64,000 bases of DNA, from assembly GCF_009914755.1 (NCBI RefSeq), contig NC_060936.1; one strand, given 5' to 3'. This document shows, piece by piece, positions 1 to 15,309 of this stretch. The position numbers and the translations under genes are program-made. The stretch is from the human T2T-CHM13v2.0 reference genome, Homo sapiens. Under the pieces are notes generated by a model. That model was not told the origin of the DNA and searched no databases. It worked only from the letters and a program-made list of their open reading frames with translations. Within the stretch, counting starts at the first letter, position 1. Each line of letters starts with the position of its first letter.

Positions 1-135
1 ATTCATCACATCCACTCACACTCCAAGGGTCAAAGCAAGTTACACGGCCATGCCCAGAGTAAACGAGGCAGGAGATATGATCTCCTTATGGTAAAAGGAG
101 ATTGAATAATTCTGAAAAATAGTACAATCTATCAC
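1..135 (-). mobile_element. Old MaLR LTR fragment (MLT1K/L-like)
   Basis: 'caaagcaagttacacggccatgcccagag...aatctatcac' resembles the terminal part of MLT1 LTRs; highly diverged. Confidence 0.5.
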
Positions 136-162
136 CATAGGATGTTACAACTCTGACCGATT

Positions 163-365
163 GGAAAGAACAGAATCTTTGGAGTCAGAAAGGCTTGAGT
201 TTGAATTTTGGTATCACCAGCTTCCTAGCTTTGTGGCCACAGAGAAGTTAGAACTCCCTGAGCCTCAATCTCTTAAAATGTAAAAACCTGCCTCACAGGA
301 TTGTGTGAATATTAAATATACCAGTACAACGCCCGAAAAATACTATGATATGTGCTTGGTAAATA
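163..365 (+). mobile_element. MIR SINE
   Basis: 'ggagtcagaaaggcttgagtttgaat...ctccctgagcctcaatctc...tgtaaaa...cctcacaggattgtgtgaatattaaat' follows the MIR core. Confidence 0.75.
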
Positions 366-1048
366 CCAACCTTGGCCTCTTCTTCAAGGATTAACCAGAA
401 TGTAATTATCCCAAAGGGAGAAGTCAGGGAATACAAGCCACATGTAAACACATTTTTTTTCCCTAATTTTCCTAATAAAACTAAGGTAGAGTCCCAAATG
501 CCTAATGCTTTTATATACTATATCTCTTTGAACAGTGTAGTAATAAATCACTTAGAGTGAAGGAAGTATAGTATTACTCTTCTGAATAGGATCATTAAAT
601 GCAATCAATATCAGAGTAGAATTACTTTATAATTACCTTTATAAATTGATGATTCACTTTAACACCTATTCTTGGCTTATGAAAATGTTATCATAAAGCT
701 ATAATAATTATAGTTAGAAAACTGGCCAAATCAAACAGTGAATTATACTCTGTCCTTGGATTGTTTAGACTTCCCTTATGACTGGCCCAGATTATTTTAA
801 AAGTTATTGTCGATTTTTAGCTCATAGTATCTATCTCTTTTAAAATAACAATTATTAGTTGTTACTTTTTATTACGTAAAAAATAACTGTATCTCATACA
901 CACACAGACACACACACAAATGAAACAGTACATTTTAATCAAAATAACTAAAAAGTCAAGTCACTCCAAACTAATCAGACAGAGTAAATTCAGTCAATGT
1001 TTTAGTATGTATTCTTTCATTTTTTTCCCCTGAATTGATAGGTGGTAG

Positions 1049-1488
<440 letters not shown>

Positions 1489-2608
1489 TAGTTATATACA
1501 TATATGCCCTTGTTTTAATGATTACATTTATGGTTTCTATGCATATTTTTCAATGAGTACCTTATTATTGGATGTTTGGATTATTTGTCAGTTTTCTATT
1601 ATTCAGTCTCTTAAACGTAGTTTTCACTAGTCAATATATATGCACTAGAGGAAGCCAGGCCATGGGAATTGTTGTCTGGGACACTAGCTGGATTTTGGCC
1701 CTATTCACCCCTACTCACTTCTGTGATCAGATCCCATCCTTGGCAGCTCTGTTCTTAAATGTCTAAATGTATACTAGAAACGTTAAAGAACAATACACAT
1801 AGAATCTCTCTCAGAATGAATAAGCCTTTTTTGAAATTTCTAGTCATTTTATAGTATCAACAGCTGCCAGATAGTATTTAAAAGTATTTACGTCTTGGTA
1901 CCATTAACTGCCTTTGCCAAGATTTGTCTTTATTAACTAAGTTCTCTGTGAAAGGGCGTCAAAAATGGCTAAAGTGTTATTGGCTTTACAGGTCACGGAT
2001 GCATAGAGCATCTTGTGTCCAGTGTTATCACAAAGATGCCTATGGCTAAATAAGCTCAGGTGCAGTCTTTTTTACCCCCTGAAACAAAAATTTTAAAAGC
2101 AGCCTTATGTTCTGATTCTTCTTTTGCTTCAGATCAAGGAAATGATTGCTTATAAAGTCCCCAAGAACTACCAATAATGACTCTCAAATGCCCTGAATTG
2201 TCATTGTTATAAAAACATGGCTCCTTTTATGGGTGAAACAATTACATATTATTTATTTTTTTCTACATACAAGGAATTAAATGGAAGTCTCCATCTGCAT
2301 CGGTTAAGAGCTCCCTTTGGAGAGATGGGGAGGCCAATTACCCAGGAGCCATGGAGGCTGATCTTTAGCCTGGCTCCCCTGGTCCCAGCCTTCCATTGTC
2401 TCCTGGGATCCTACTGCAGCTCTTTTGATGAATGTGCTGTTGTTGATCTCCTCAGAGAGACGCTGTTAAAGGAAAGGGAAGATTATTTGCAAGTGAGTAG
2501 AAGAACGATCCAACAAAAGAATGAAATGAAGTAATTAGTTTCCTGCTATACATAAGCACCCTCACTGCTTTAGAATCTTCAGGCAGTAGTGATTGAGGAA
2601 AATAATGA

Positions 2609-2964
<356 letters not shown>

Positions 2965-3235
2965 AAGGCCACCCTCTTCTTTACCACAGGAAGAATGGGA
3001 GGTTGGGTAACCACAAATTTGTCCTAGTATATTTTTTATCTTATTAAAATCTTTTAAAATGGGGACCACTATTTGACTGACTGGGAGGGCTATGTAAACT
3101 AACAATTCCTCAGGGAACTAATTTTTTTTTAATGTGCTATGTATTTTTAAAAGTAGAAAGGTAAGAGATTTGTGGGACAAGATTAGTTGATTAATAATTT
3201 TTACTATATGTAAAAGGTACTGTTGTGGCCTAGTA

Positions 3236-3444
3236 CAGCGGGTGTCCAGTTTGGGCTTCCCCGGGCTACATTGGAAGAAGAATTGTCTTGGGCTACAAAT
3301 AAAATACACTAACACTAATGGTAACTGATGAGAAAAAAAAAAAAAACTACAAAAGTCTCATAATGTTAACAAATTTGTGTTGGGCCACATTCAAAGCCAT
3401 CTTGGGCTGCATGCAGCCCACGGGCCACGGGTTAGAGAAGCTTG
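3236..3444 (+). mobile_element. MER30 (hAT-Charlie MITE)
   Basis: 'cagcgggtgtccagt...ttggaagaagaattgtcttgggc...gggttagagaagcttg' matches MER30 end to end; 8-bp TSD gcctagta/gcctagaa. Confidence 0.9.
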
Positions 3445-4479
3445 GCCTAGAATAAAGCTCAAAGAAAGTCTAGAAACCTCACCATTATGCTAATCTGGAG
3501 AGCCTGAGGTCTGCTATGAATTTCAAAGCTATAAGGAAAGCCTTCTTAAACCTCATCTATGCTGTATCATTTTGGACCAAGGAGGGATATCATGGGTTGT
3601 CTACCTCTTAGATAAATGATTTGGACAATTTGACATTGTAGACAATTTGAAAATGTGGAAATACAGATGGGCAATTGGAAAATGGGTACAGCAGAAGGAT
3701 GAAAAGGAACACCTGTGCATGGCCCTAGTTAGCTACAACTTAGCTGATAGCTTTCCCCAAGAGATGGAAGATGATGTGACTATTATACATGATGAAGTCT
3801 CTTCATTTTTACCTTGAGGAGAGACTTGAAGAAGGGGAGCTGGTGGGCTTGCCACAGGCCAGGGTGTGCTTGTATGAACATGGTTGCCACAAATGAAGAA
3901 AAAATAGTTAATTTCTAGGGGTACATTAAGAATCAACCAAAGTGTTTATTTAAAGAATGGACTGGGATGTGAAAGGGACAAGAGTTAAGAAGAGTGAGAA
4001 GGAAAATGAAAAAATTAAAGTCATCATAATGATGTACATTTTAAAGTCTTTCTTAAAGTTGCTGGCTTCTTAGCTTTCTACTTCTCTGTCTCAAGTCTAA
4101 CACTCTAAATAACATTGCCCTTAGGAAGCAGCCTTCTGTTCCCAGCCTGAGTGAGACACCTTCATCCAGGCTCGTGGGGGTCCCTCTGTCTCCCCTTATC
4201 ATAAAGATCTGCAATGACCTAAGTGTGCTTGTCCATCTGTCCAGTTGACACTGAGCCTTATGAGTGCAGTGATGGGCCTGCCTTGCTCCCTGTGGTGGTC
4301 TTAGGGCCTGGAATAGCATCTGGGACATAATCAGTGTTCAAAAATATGTTGAATAAATAATTTGCAGGGGGAAGTGTCAGAGATCATAGGCAGAGAGGAG
4401 AGCCTGATAGAGGGGAACAGATTCATGGGGATGGTCAAAGTTCACAGGCAGAGAAGTTGAGCAGTCTGGAAACTTAAGA

Positions 4480-5525
4480 TGCATAACAGAGTGTGAGGGA
4501 GTGGCAAGAGAGGGTCTCAGCAGGAGAGCAGGCTTGACCACAAAGAGCTCCTTAAACTGTGTGAAAGAGATTAGAATTAACACTGAGGGCAGCGCAGAGG
4601 CATCAACAGAAAAGATGGGAAGTGATGTGGTTAAATGTGTATGTTAAGACAGAAGTATTTTGCTGCTATGTGGAAAAGTTTGGAGAGAGGCCAGCATGGA
4701 GGCAGGGAGCCCATTTGGAAGACTGTTGCAGAAATCTATGGGAGATATTACCGTGGGTTGAACCACAATAATGCAGAAGTGATGGAGACAGTGGATAGAT
4801 TTCAGAAATTTTTCAAAAGTATCATTGACACAGCTTTGATATTGATTGGAAAGATGATGAGGAAGATGGAGAGTCAAGACTTATTTCTATGGTTTAGGCT
4901 TGAACAAATGGATAATCAATGGTAGCATTAACTAAGATAGGGAAAGTAAGAGGAGGAGCACTCTTGCATTTTTGTAAATTCAGTTTCAGGCAGATCAAAG
5001 TCCAGGTACCTGTGAAATATTCAAGAGGAGATGGCCACAGGCAGTTAGATAGCTGCATTTCACAGGTCAGATGAATAACAGGGCTGGAGATACAGAGCCA
5101 GTGTTCATTGTCATCGTGGTGGTAATTAAACCTGGGAAACTGAGGAGATTGCTAGAGGAGTGTGTAGAGGGAGAAGACAAGAAGAATTAGAATTGTGAAG
5201 AACAGACAGATATTTTGAAATGGCAGAAGACAGGAACCTAAAAAGAAGTGTATGTTGAAGCAGCCTGAGATGTAAAGAGGTGTCATAGAGGCTGAGAATT
5301 CATTTCAAGTAGAAAGACTGGTCTAAATATCTAACTCCACAACAAGTTAGGTTAATAACTGAAAGATGGCTGCTAAATTTAGCACTAAGAAAGTGATTGG
5401 AGACCTTGATGAGAACAACTTCAGTAAAATTTATGGGACAGGAGCCATATTACTCTGGTTGAGACGTGAACAGGAGGTAAAATGAATACAATGAGTGTAG
5501 ACAAATATTTTGAGTAGTTGGACCA
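4480..5525 (-). mobile_element. L2 LINE fragment
   Basis: Purine-rich L2 antisense signature ('ggaggcagggagcccatttggaagactgttgcagaaatc', 'gatggctgctaaatttagcactaagaaagtgattggagaccttgatgagaacaac'). Confidence 0.7.
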
Positions 5526-7319
5526 TAAAGGGCTGAGTCCTCTTACAGTTTTCAAAGCCCTTAACATTCATTCTTTATGGGAAGAAATAATTGGCAACTA
5601 GTCGTGGGCTAAGGAAGAGCAAAGAGCAAATCATGCCCCCCACCCAAGAGCCATGGATAAATCCAACACCTTGGAGATGATGGTTCCACAGACAGAAAGC
5701 AGAGGATGATGAGTTTGTCGGGGGAAGTTCAGTTTTAAACTCTGGAATGTTAGATTTGCCAAGTGAAAACATACAAAAGCAATTGAAAAGAGAATAGAGC
5801 TAACGAAGATGCTCTGGCTCAATGGCATTTTAAGAGTTCACTGCATCAGCGGCAGCTAAGACAATCCACAGGCAAAGGCCTCCTAGGGTAAGAATGAACG
5901 AGGGCAAGAGAAGACTTATAAGGACAATGACACAACAGTCCATTGATATCTGTCACCCAGGAACCAGGCACTTTTCCTGAGTGGACACCAGGGAGCATTC
6001 CATGCACACTTTTAAACCTTTGCTAAATTATCTTGAGTATGAAGAAAATCTAAACTTCTGATTATTGAAGACAAGTTAGCACTTCCTCACCCAACCCACC
6101 TTGTATGTTGTGCAATATTCTTGACATTACAACTTGAAATTTATTCAATTAAATTTATTCAGTTCTTTCAGCATTTTCTGAGGTATAATTTCTATGAACA
6201 ATATATTTCCCACCATAAACGACTATTTTCAACAGTGAGTTAAAGTATGTGAGATACCAGTGTGGAGTTCACCACAAGTGCTCTCTGAATGAATGCTGAA
6301 AGGCATGGTGTTATGTGGGCACCAGCAAGAGTACGAATGACTGAAGCTCAGGGCGTATGGAGTGCTGTCTTAGGAGCTGAGGCCAAAAAGGTTGGGGGAA
6401 ATCAGATCATTGCAGTCTGTAGTATTCTGAGTACTTTCAGCTTCATTGTAGACAATGGGAAGTCATCTGGTTTTTGTGAATAAGGGAGTGATGGGCATAG
6501 ATCTGAGTTTTAAGCAGGTAATTCTGGTTAATGATGTCTGCAAAGTAGGCTGCTAAAAATATTTGTTAACTGAATGGAGAAATGATGACTGAAGACTAGA
6601 GGTTCAGATAAAAGGTATTGTTACTGTCTGGAAGATAATGGGAGATAAGGTAGAAGGTCTCTTGATAAATGAAATTGGGAACTGAATGTGGTCAGTCATT
6701 TGTAAAAATTGTTAAAGCAGGGAATAAAATGATACACACTTCTCTTACACATTATACTTTCACCTAAGACATATGTGGGCACATTCATCCAGTAATTGTA
6801 TGACAGAATGCAGAGACTCTTACTTTGAATACAGGTCTGCTAATTAGAGTTTTCTACCATTTTTCTTGTATAAGCTACATTCACATTTTTGTTTCTGTTT
6901 TGTTAAATTGCAGCCAAAGGCAATCTGAGTGCAGAATCTTCCAGACATTTTTACACAGTTTTTCACAACCATTTTTGGTTTCTCTTTCCCAATACTTGGT
7001 TGGATTATAATATTTTAAGCTGCTCACTCTCTTCAAGTCTCTCCAAAGTCTTCCATTTAATTTTCATAGGAAGAGCTGTCATTTACATTCATATGCATTG
7101 GTTTACATAGTACTTAATTAAATTTTGTAACATAATAAGCACAACTGCATAGACTAGTTTCTAAACAAAATACAAGTGTTTCTTTGCAAACTCACAGATA
7201 AATTGATGGAACCAGGAAAACCCAACGTATCACTCCCTACCAGACTTCACTGACCAGTGTGAAAGAGGATGGGAGAGTATAGTTAATAAGGTGACTTGAC
7301 TAACTGGGGATTGCTGACA

Positions 7320-8840
7320 GAGCTTCTACCACAGTGACCAGAACTAGGGCACCAGCAATGGAAACAGAGAGGAGAGGATAAATTGAAAAGACATATCAAG
7401 ACACTAGCTTTGAAAACAAACGGGCTTGAGTCAAATACTGACCTTGTCACTTAGCTGTGAACCTCAAAGTTTCTGTTTTTTAATCTGTAAAATAAGAATA
7501 ACGCAGCATGTAGTTGAAAAATCAATTGCAAAAATGTACCTCATGTATACTTAGCAATGTGCCTGAAACAAATAAGTAATTAATATGATATTAAGAAAGT
7601 ATTATAGCATTTGATTTGAATTGAGGAAAATGCAGAGTCAAAGATGACGCCACATTTTCTACTTTGGTTGAAAAAAATATATAGTACCACTAATGGAAAC
7701 AGGAAATACAAGAGGAGAAATAGGTTTGGCAGAATAGATAATGAAGTTAGTTTTAGATGTGTTGAGTTTCCTGGTGAGACACCCTGTTGAGGCATTCAGA
7801 GTGCAGTTGGAAATGTTTTTCTGGCTTCCAGTGAGAGGTCTTGGCTAGTGATATCAACTTGAAATCGCCCATACAGAAATATAAATGAAGCTATGAGAAT
7901 GGATTGGATGTGGCAGACAGGGAGTGGGAACACAGCGGGCTGGTAATGGCCGGGGACAGTCACATACACATATGAGGCAAAATCCCAGATCCAGAAGGAA
8001 CCAGCTGGAGCAGTGAGGAAACAGGACAGGTCCTGGAGATACAGGTATAGTTTCACCTGTGTCTTGCTCATTGTCATAGCTCAGACTCCAGAGCCTGGAG
8101 CAGTCTTTGTCACTCCAGAAGCATCTTAAAGCTCTCTAGGTAAAGTGCTAGGAGAGTAGGGGGCTGTGAAGGAGCTCTCCTCGTAGCTTGAAAGGAAAGA
8201 AAAACTGAGGGGAGTCTTCTTCAGAAAAGAGAAGACCTAAACATGTTTTCAGGCTGGAGACAGGGAACCAATGGAAAGAGAAATTTTTTAATAATTAGAA
8301 ATTAAAAATGATTTTCTCTATGAGATTATAGGTGATTTTTTCATCTTTGCTCCTTTCTGTACGTTTCAAATTTTCTACATGTAGTATATTAATACTAGGT
8401 TCTGAATAAAACTATTTTGCCTCAATATGAGATATGAAATTGGGGATGGTCTCTGAAACAATGTGCTGGAAAAATGGAATACAGCAGTATCAGAAACACA
8501 GGTAGAGAATGTGGCTTAAAAGGCAGAAAAGGACGCATCTCTCACAGGAAAGAAAAGAGAATGATGGAAGATTCCAAAAAATTTTAAAGTAGGGATAAGA
8601 GAATTTGAGAAATTCACATCATTTGGCCTCTATTATTATTATTATTATTATTTTCAGTAAACTAAGAGGCAAAGTGGTTGGTTAAAACTGAGAAGGAAAG
8701 ATAGGACTGGAAGTATGGGAAGAGTGAAAACATTTTAAAAACACAACATAAAAAATAGAATAAGATTTAATTTGAAATCAATAAAAGCGTTTCCAAAGAG
8801 CCTGGAGGAGCAGCGGGCATTGGACATGATGTATGTGAAG
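7320..8840 (-). mobile_element. L2 fragments with nested MIR (~7400-7580) and old L1 3' piece (~8310-8410)
   Basis: L2 motifs 'gagtcaaagatgacgccacattttctac', 'gttagttttagatgtgttgagtttc'; boundaries approximate. Confidence 0.55.
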
Positions 8841-8984
8841 TGCAGCCAGTTACTGCATTATCTTCCATGGTGACACTTACCTGTCTGGGAACAGTAGCAG
8901 CAGTTAGAACTTGCCAGGCAGGTGTTGGGAGAGTTCATGGGGAGGAAATCTGAGCTAGCCCTCACTCCCAGGAGAAGCTGCTCC

Positions 8985-9775
<791 letters not shown>

Positions 9776-11159
9776 GGAGATGATAAAGGACCAACAGAGG
9801 CAGAGATAGGATGTGGGGCGGTGTCATATAATCAGACATCATGGACTTCAAAAGGAAGAGATATTGAGTTAAAGAGGAGGAAATGGTCAAAGGTAAGAAA
9901 AAGATGCTGGCATTGATTCTTAAACTTGATACAAGAAGCAGGGAGGAAAAATGAAATGGCCTTTGTTTAAAAGTATGGTGATTCAAGTAAAGTTGTCAGA
10001 GAAAAGCCATTTTTAGTTAGTTGTATCCATAGTTTTTCATTCATTTAATTAGAAATATCTTAAGTTGAATATTTCAATATATGGCTGTGAAATGACTGAG
10101 GCATTGAAGATGATATGTATTTGTTAATACGAAAGGGCCACAAATTTCTGAAAAGCTTAAATTAGTTTCATACAAAAATGACAGAAAGGATTCTCAGGTC
10201 TTTTGTTTTATGATAATAGTGTAACATTTAGGGTAGTTATTGAAGAACAAAAAAGTCACTTGAAAGTTGGTTGAAATGCAGCAACGACTCAAAGTGAAAT
10301 CACCAGACAATATGAGCAATAGACGTTTTCACATGTCCCTATTTAGTGGGTGACACAGCCCTTGTTCAACAGAGCCTTAGGGATAAATTACTGCTGCCTC
10401 AAGACCACATCATACAAAGTAAGTGTTCATAATCCTTTCTTCTAGTGGGCAGAGCTCTGGCAGAACTCGCTAAAGAACTGCATCTAAAATGACTTCGCTT
10501 AGCAAAGAGCTGTACTTCCAGGCATCTTGGGAAAGGAGCCTCTTTCTGAGTTTTTGATGTGAGATGTCAAAGCGTTGTTGGTATGAGGAAATCTACTTGA
10601 ACTGCTGTTATTTGACAGGTAAACATCATTTTCCAACCAGTCCCTGAATCATAGCTACCTACCTGGTAAACAAGGATATCCAGGTGCTGCCTAGAGCCTC
10701 AAAGTACACCTGTCATTTATCTACATCCAAGATTGACATCCTAGCCTGAACCCAAAGTGGTTCAGACATTCTGAACATGTGTGAGAAAGCGACAGCCTAA
10801 AACATCTTTTAAAGAGTCAGAATGATCAGCTTGATCAAGAAACACATTTGCAGTTAGAAGAGAGGAATGATTATGCATGCAGTTTGGTAGCTATCCTCAG
10901 AAGTCCCTCTGTCCTCATAAGCTCATATCTTGATAAGAAGAAGAGAAAATGAGGTGGGGGAAGGTTTCACTTTGGTCTTTCTCTAAGACACTATGACCCA
11001 GAGAGTGCTTTAGCACTGCAAGAACACTGGTGCTTTAGTGTGAGGAGGATCAGGGGCCACACTTGGCAGGAGGGAATTTGCAGGACCTCTTATGAGACCC
11101 TCACTGTGGACTATAAAAAATTGCTTGTTGTGGAAGGTAATTTTGTAGGGACAGCAAAG

Positions 11160-11560
11160 TCTGAAACAATTCACAAAGTTCTGGCCTGGTCAGCCAATTG
11201 GTGGTGATGTCATTTCCTGAAATAGGGAATAAAAGAGAAATAGATGATGACCAGTCTGGTCTTGGCATGTTGAATTTCCAGTGCCAATGACACTTCTCAG
11301 GGAAGGTATCAAGAAGGCAGTTGAGAGCTTTAGAGAGAGTCTGAGGTAAAACTATAAATTTGGAGTAATCAGTTTAGCGATGTTAGCTGAAGCAATGGCT
11401 GTTGAGTAGATGGTCCAGAGAAAACAGATGAAGAGAGTAAAAAAGATAGTAACACCCCAGGATTATCTACCTTAAAAGGGTAGCAAAAAGTGTGACCTCA
11501 GTGCAGGACTTTGGAGTAACAGGGGAAGCCTGGGGGTGAAAGGAGACCTGGAAGTAGATG
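11160..11560 (-). mobile_element. L2 fragment
   Basis: 'aaagttctggcctggtcagccaattggtggtgatgtcatttcctgaaataggg...tgttgaatttccagtgcc' is an L2 antisense motif. Confidence 0.6.
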
Positions 11561-12987
11561 CCCAAAGAATGTACACTTAGAACTTAATCTACAGAGTCGA
11601 TTCTGGAAAATTCTATTATTTCTTTGTTTCTAGATCTTCCCTTTAAGAAAACTGACTGCAGAGTATTAAATCTACAACTGGATTTCCAAATAAAGGAAAC
11701 AATTGTAAGGATTCAGTTTTAAGGATATAAATCAGCAAGTAGTTCAGCCAAGGAATAATAAACAGTCACTAGCTGAAGGAAAGCAATGTAGCTCCCAGAA
11801 ATTTTTATTTCTTTTTAAAAATTGATTGTCCAGTGAGACACCAATAACATACAGTCACATTAATTGGTGCTTATAAGATGATTAATCTCTGTAATTCCCC
11901 TCCAGTCATTTGAAACGTTCTATAAGATGCCCTTGTACAAAACATAGTATTTTAACAGGAATTTTACAAGGCCTTTTATTCCACAAGGTTTTCGTGTGTG
12001 GTGGTGTGGTTCACAACATCATATTTCAACACCAGCCTACTTCAAATCAGATGTGTTTTTATGTGGGTTCAAAAAATATGCAGGACTGTGAACCCCAACA
12101 CCGAAATTTTACAAAGCACAGCTTCCTTCCTCCCCACCCCAAACGTTTCATTAACTGGAAAATAAATAGACTGCTGACCTCATTGTAAAAGACATTCTAC
12201 TTGATGAGAAAGGATGACAGCCTTGTCAAGTCCCTTCGTTTCCTCTCCCTTTAGGGATAAAACACCTATTGGCATTTGCCTCCATCATGTCAGGTGACAT
12301 GGAGCTCTGTGCCCAAGTCCCACAGTCTCCAAGCCCTTGTCCCAGGAGGAATCCTACCCACCCCCAGCACCTGTTCTCCAGCAGAACTGAGATTGGGGAG
12401 CAGAAGACGGTGACATGTGTCAATGCAATATTTTACATTTACTCCATATACATAACCCACTGAGTGAGTGGGTGGAAACCTCCTGTGACTCCAGGATTGG
12501 CCTCTCTGCACTTCCATTCTCAGAACTCCCAAACCCTCAGGAACTGAAGGAGGAGATGCTGCACTTGGCAATTAGTGAACCCCATTTTGCCTTTTCTTGT
12601 CTTCCCCTCTTCCTCTGTCTGGTTCTGATGATCTTCCCACATAGATGTTCAGTACTACCTTTCCCAGATAGAGAGTATTTAAAGGACTTGGGACCCTTGA
12701 TCTCGTCACACTCAGGAAAAATGTAATGCTAAATGTCCTTGGAGATGGTCCATGGCTTGTTGTTATGTTGGTAAACATCTCGCTGCCTGCCCTCCATCAG
12801 GGTGCAAGGCCCCAGCATGCTGGTCCACACTCTGCCTCTCACTCCCCTGTGATGTCTCCATCCTGACAATGGGCCTCTTGTACTTGCCTTGCCTTTGAGA
12901 ACCAGCCCTCCTTTGCTCTTGCTGACTCTGCTGCCTGAGAACTAAAGCTTTGCTCTGCATTTCAATTCAGGGCCAAGGTCCCTTCTA

Positions 12988-14259
12988 TTAGATTGGTGCA
13001 AAAGTAATTGTTGTTTCAGACTGTGAATTTTAAAACATTATAACTAGGCTCAAACACATCTTTATTAATCAGAATAGGAACCATTACAATCAACACATTT
13101 TTGCCAATAAGAAATAAGTTTCTTTTTTCCTGTAGCATAAAAATCCCTGCTTTGGGATTCGACGATCTCTTGGAAAGCATTTTTCTGCATCCTGCTGGTT
13201 TTGGAAGTGTTTTCCCTGCAAAAAGTTGTCGAGATGCTTGAAGAATTGGTAGTTGGTTGGCGAGTGGTCAGGTGAATATGACAGATGAGGCAAAACTTGG
13301 TAGCCCAATTAGTTCAACTTTTGAAGCGCTGGTTGTGCAATGTGCAGTCGAGCGTTGTCTTGGAGAGGAATTGGGTCCTTTCTGTTGACCAATGCCAGCT
13401 GCAGGCGTTGCAGTTTTCAGTGCGTCTCATCAATTTGCTGAGCATATTTCCCAGATATAATGGTTTTGCCAAGATTCAGAAAACTGTAGTGGATCAGATG
13501 GGCAGCAGACAACCAAACAGGGACCATGACCTTTTTTTTTTTTTTGGCTTTGGGAAGCACTTTGGAGCTTCTTCTCACTGCAGCCACCAAGCTGGTCATC
13601 GCTGGTTGTCATATAAAATCCACTTTTCGTCGCATGTCACAATCCGATCAAGAAATGGTTCATTGTTGTTGTGTAGAATAAGAGAAGATGACACTTCAAA
13701 ATGATGATTTTTTTTTAGGTCAGCTCATGAGGCACCCACTTATCAAGCTTTTTCATCATTCCAATTTGCTTCAAATGCCAAAAGACCATAGAATGGTTGA
13801 AGTTGAGTTCTTCAGCAAATTCTCTTGTAGCTGTAAGAGGATCAGCTTTGATGATTGCTCTCAGTTGGTCGTTGTCAACTTCCGATGACTGGTCACTACC
13901 CTGGTCTTCAAGGCTCTCCTTTGCAAAACTTCTTGAACCACCACTGCCCTGTATGTTCATTAGCAGTTCCTGGGCCAGATGCATTGTTGATGTTGAGAGT
14001 TGTCTCTGCTGCTTTACGACCCATTTGAATTCCAATAAGGAAGTCGCTTGAATTTGCTTTTTCTCTAACATTATTTCCATAGTCTAAAATAAACATAAAA
14101 TAAAAAGCAAGTAATAAGCCATTAGCAAAAAATCATAAAGGGAGGCATGCCCATTAAAATGATGTATAACCTAACCACATTTATTTAAGAATGTATTCTA
14201 ATATAAAATGGCAAATTCCAACAACGCAAAAACCACAATTACTTTTGCATGCACCTTAA
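12988..14259 (-). mobile_element. Hsmar1 mariner DNA transposon, full length (~1.27 kb)
   Basis: TIRs 'ttagattggtgcaaaagtaattg' (12988) and 'caattacttttgcatgcacctta' (~14259); TA at 12986-87; internal transposase homology. Confidence 0.97.
13065..14080 (-). pseudogene. Hsmar1 transposase pseudogene (frameshifts and a stop; same family as the SETMAR transposase domain)
   Basis: Pieces in different frames: MEIMLEKKQI, MGRKAAETT..WFKKFCKG, EVDNDQLRAII..WVPHELT*, VTCDEKW, QDNARLH, YSPDHSPTNYQFFKHLDNFLQGK, DCNGSYSD*. Confidence 0.95.
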
Positions 14260-14719
14260 TTCCTCTACACAAGCCAACTGGATGCAGGCTGTTAATCTCT
14301 CTAGACTTGCATCATGGACTTTGGTGGCTGCCCATTTGCTGGAGGCAGCTACAACCTTGAATCTTGGTGCTTTCTGCCTCCCTGGTGGATCCATCCTATC
14401 AGCCGTAGAATTGGCACAGGTATTCTTGGGCCAGGCCTATATTACTAAGGGGTGAATATCAGATTAACAACACTGCCCTCTGCTCTGACTTGCTAAGAAT
14501 AAATATTTGTTGTGTCTCTGATAGATCCCAAACCATACCATTAACATCTAATGCACAAGAATGCTTCACTCTACATCAAAACTACACTATCGATAATCTG
14601 TGTAATGAACTTTCCTTTAATGTATTGAATGAACTTTAAAAACGTGTTAAGATCACATAGATGTGGTACCTGAGTGTTAGTGACAATCTTTGCAAATAAT
14701 CAGTTTTTAGTAAATTATC

Positions 14720-14770
14720 TCTCAATTTTAGCACTGAAAGTCCTGCAAACTGAGATGGGTGGTCAGCCTA
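14720..14770 (-). mobile_element. MER81 fragment (hAT MITE)
   Basis: 'ttttagcactgaaagtcctg...caaactgagatgggtggtcagccta' resembles the MER81 body and terminus with an internal deletion. Confidence 0.5.
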
Positions 14771-15309
14771 GGAAACGAGTCAATCTCTCTCATTGGTACT
14801 GATCTGTAAAGTAACGAAAGACTCAATTATTACTATGTATAAAATTATAACCTGATAATATTTTGTTAACTAGTCTCTTTTTGCCCATTTACACACCATA
14901 ACTACACAGTATTTCCAGCTAAATGGGCTCTGAGCGGCCAGCCGGCCAGCACTGCGGGCCCCAGGCAGTGAGGGGCTTAGCACCTGGGCCAGCAGCTGCG
15001 GAAGGGGGCACCGGCTCCCTGAGCACTGCTGGCCTGCCTGCGCCATGCTCGAATTCTCGCCGGGCCTCAGCCGCCTCCCTGCGGGTCAGGGCTCGGGGAT
15101 CTGCAGCCTGCCATGCCTGAGCCCCCCACTCCCCGCAGTGGGCTCCTGCAAGGCCCGAGCCTCCCTGATGGGCGCTGTCCCCTGCTCCGCTGGCCAGGTC
15201 CCATCGACTGCCCAAGGGCTAAGGAGTGCAGGTGCGTGGTGCAGGACTGGCGGGCAGCTCTGCCCGCAGCCCTGGCAGGCGACTTACTAGGCCAAGCCAG
15301 CTGGGCTCC

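Noticed and set aside
2456-2492. Possible 37-nt plus-strand exon (ctcctcag|...|gtgagt)
   Set aside because: Weak polypyrimidine tract and no supporting evidence.
13065-14080. SETMAR gene or an active transposase
   Set aside because: Multiple frameshifts and a stop, both TIRs present, and no SET-domain exons; it is a dead Hsmar1 copy.
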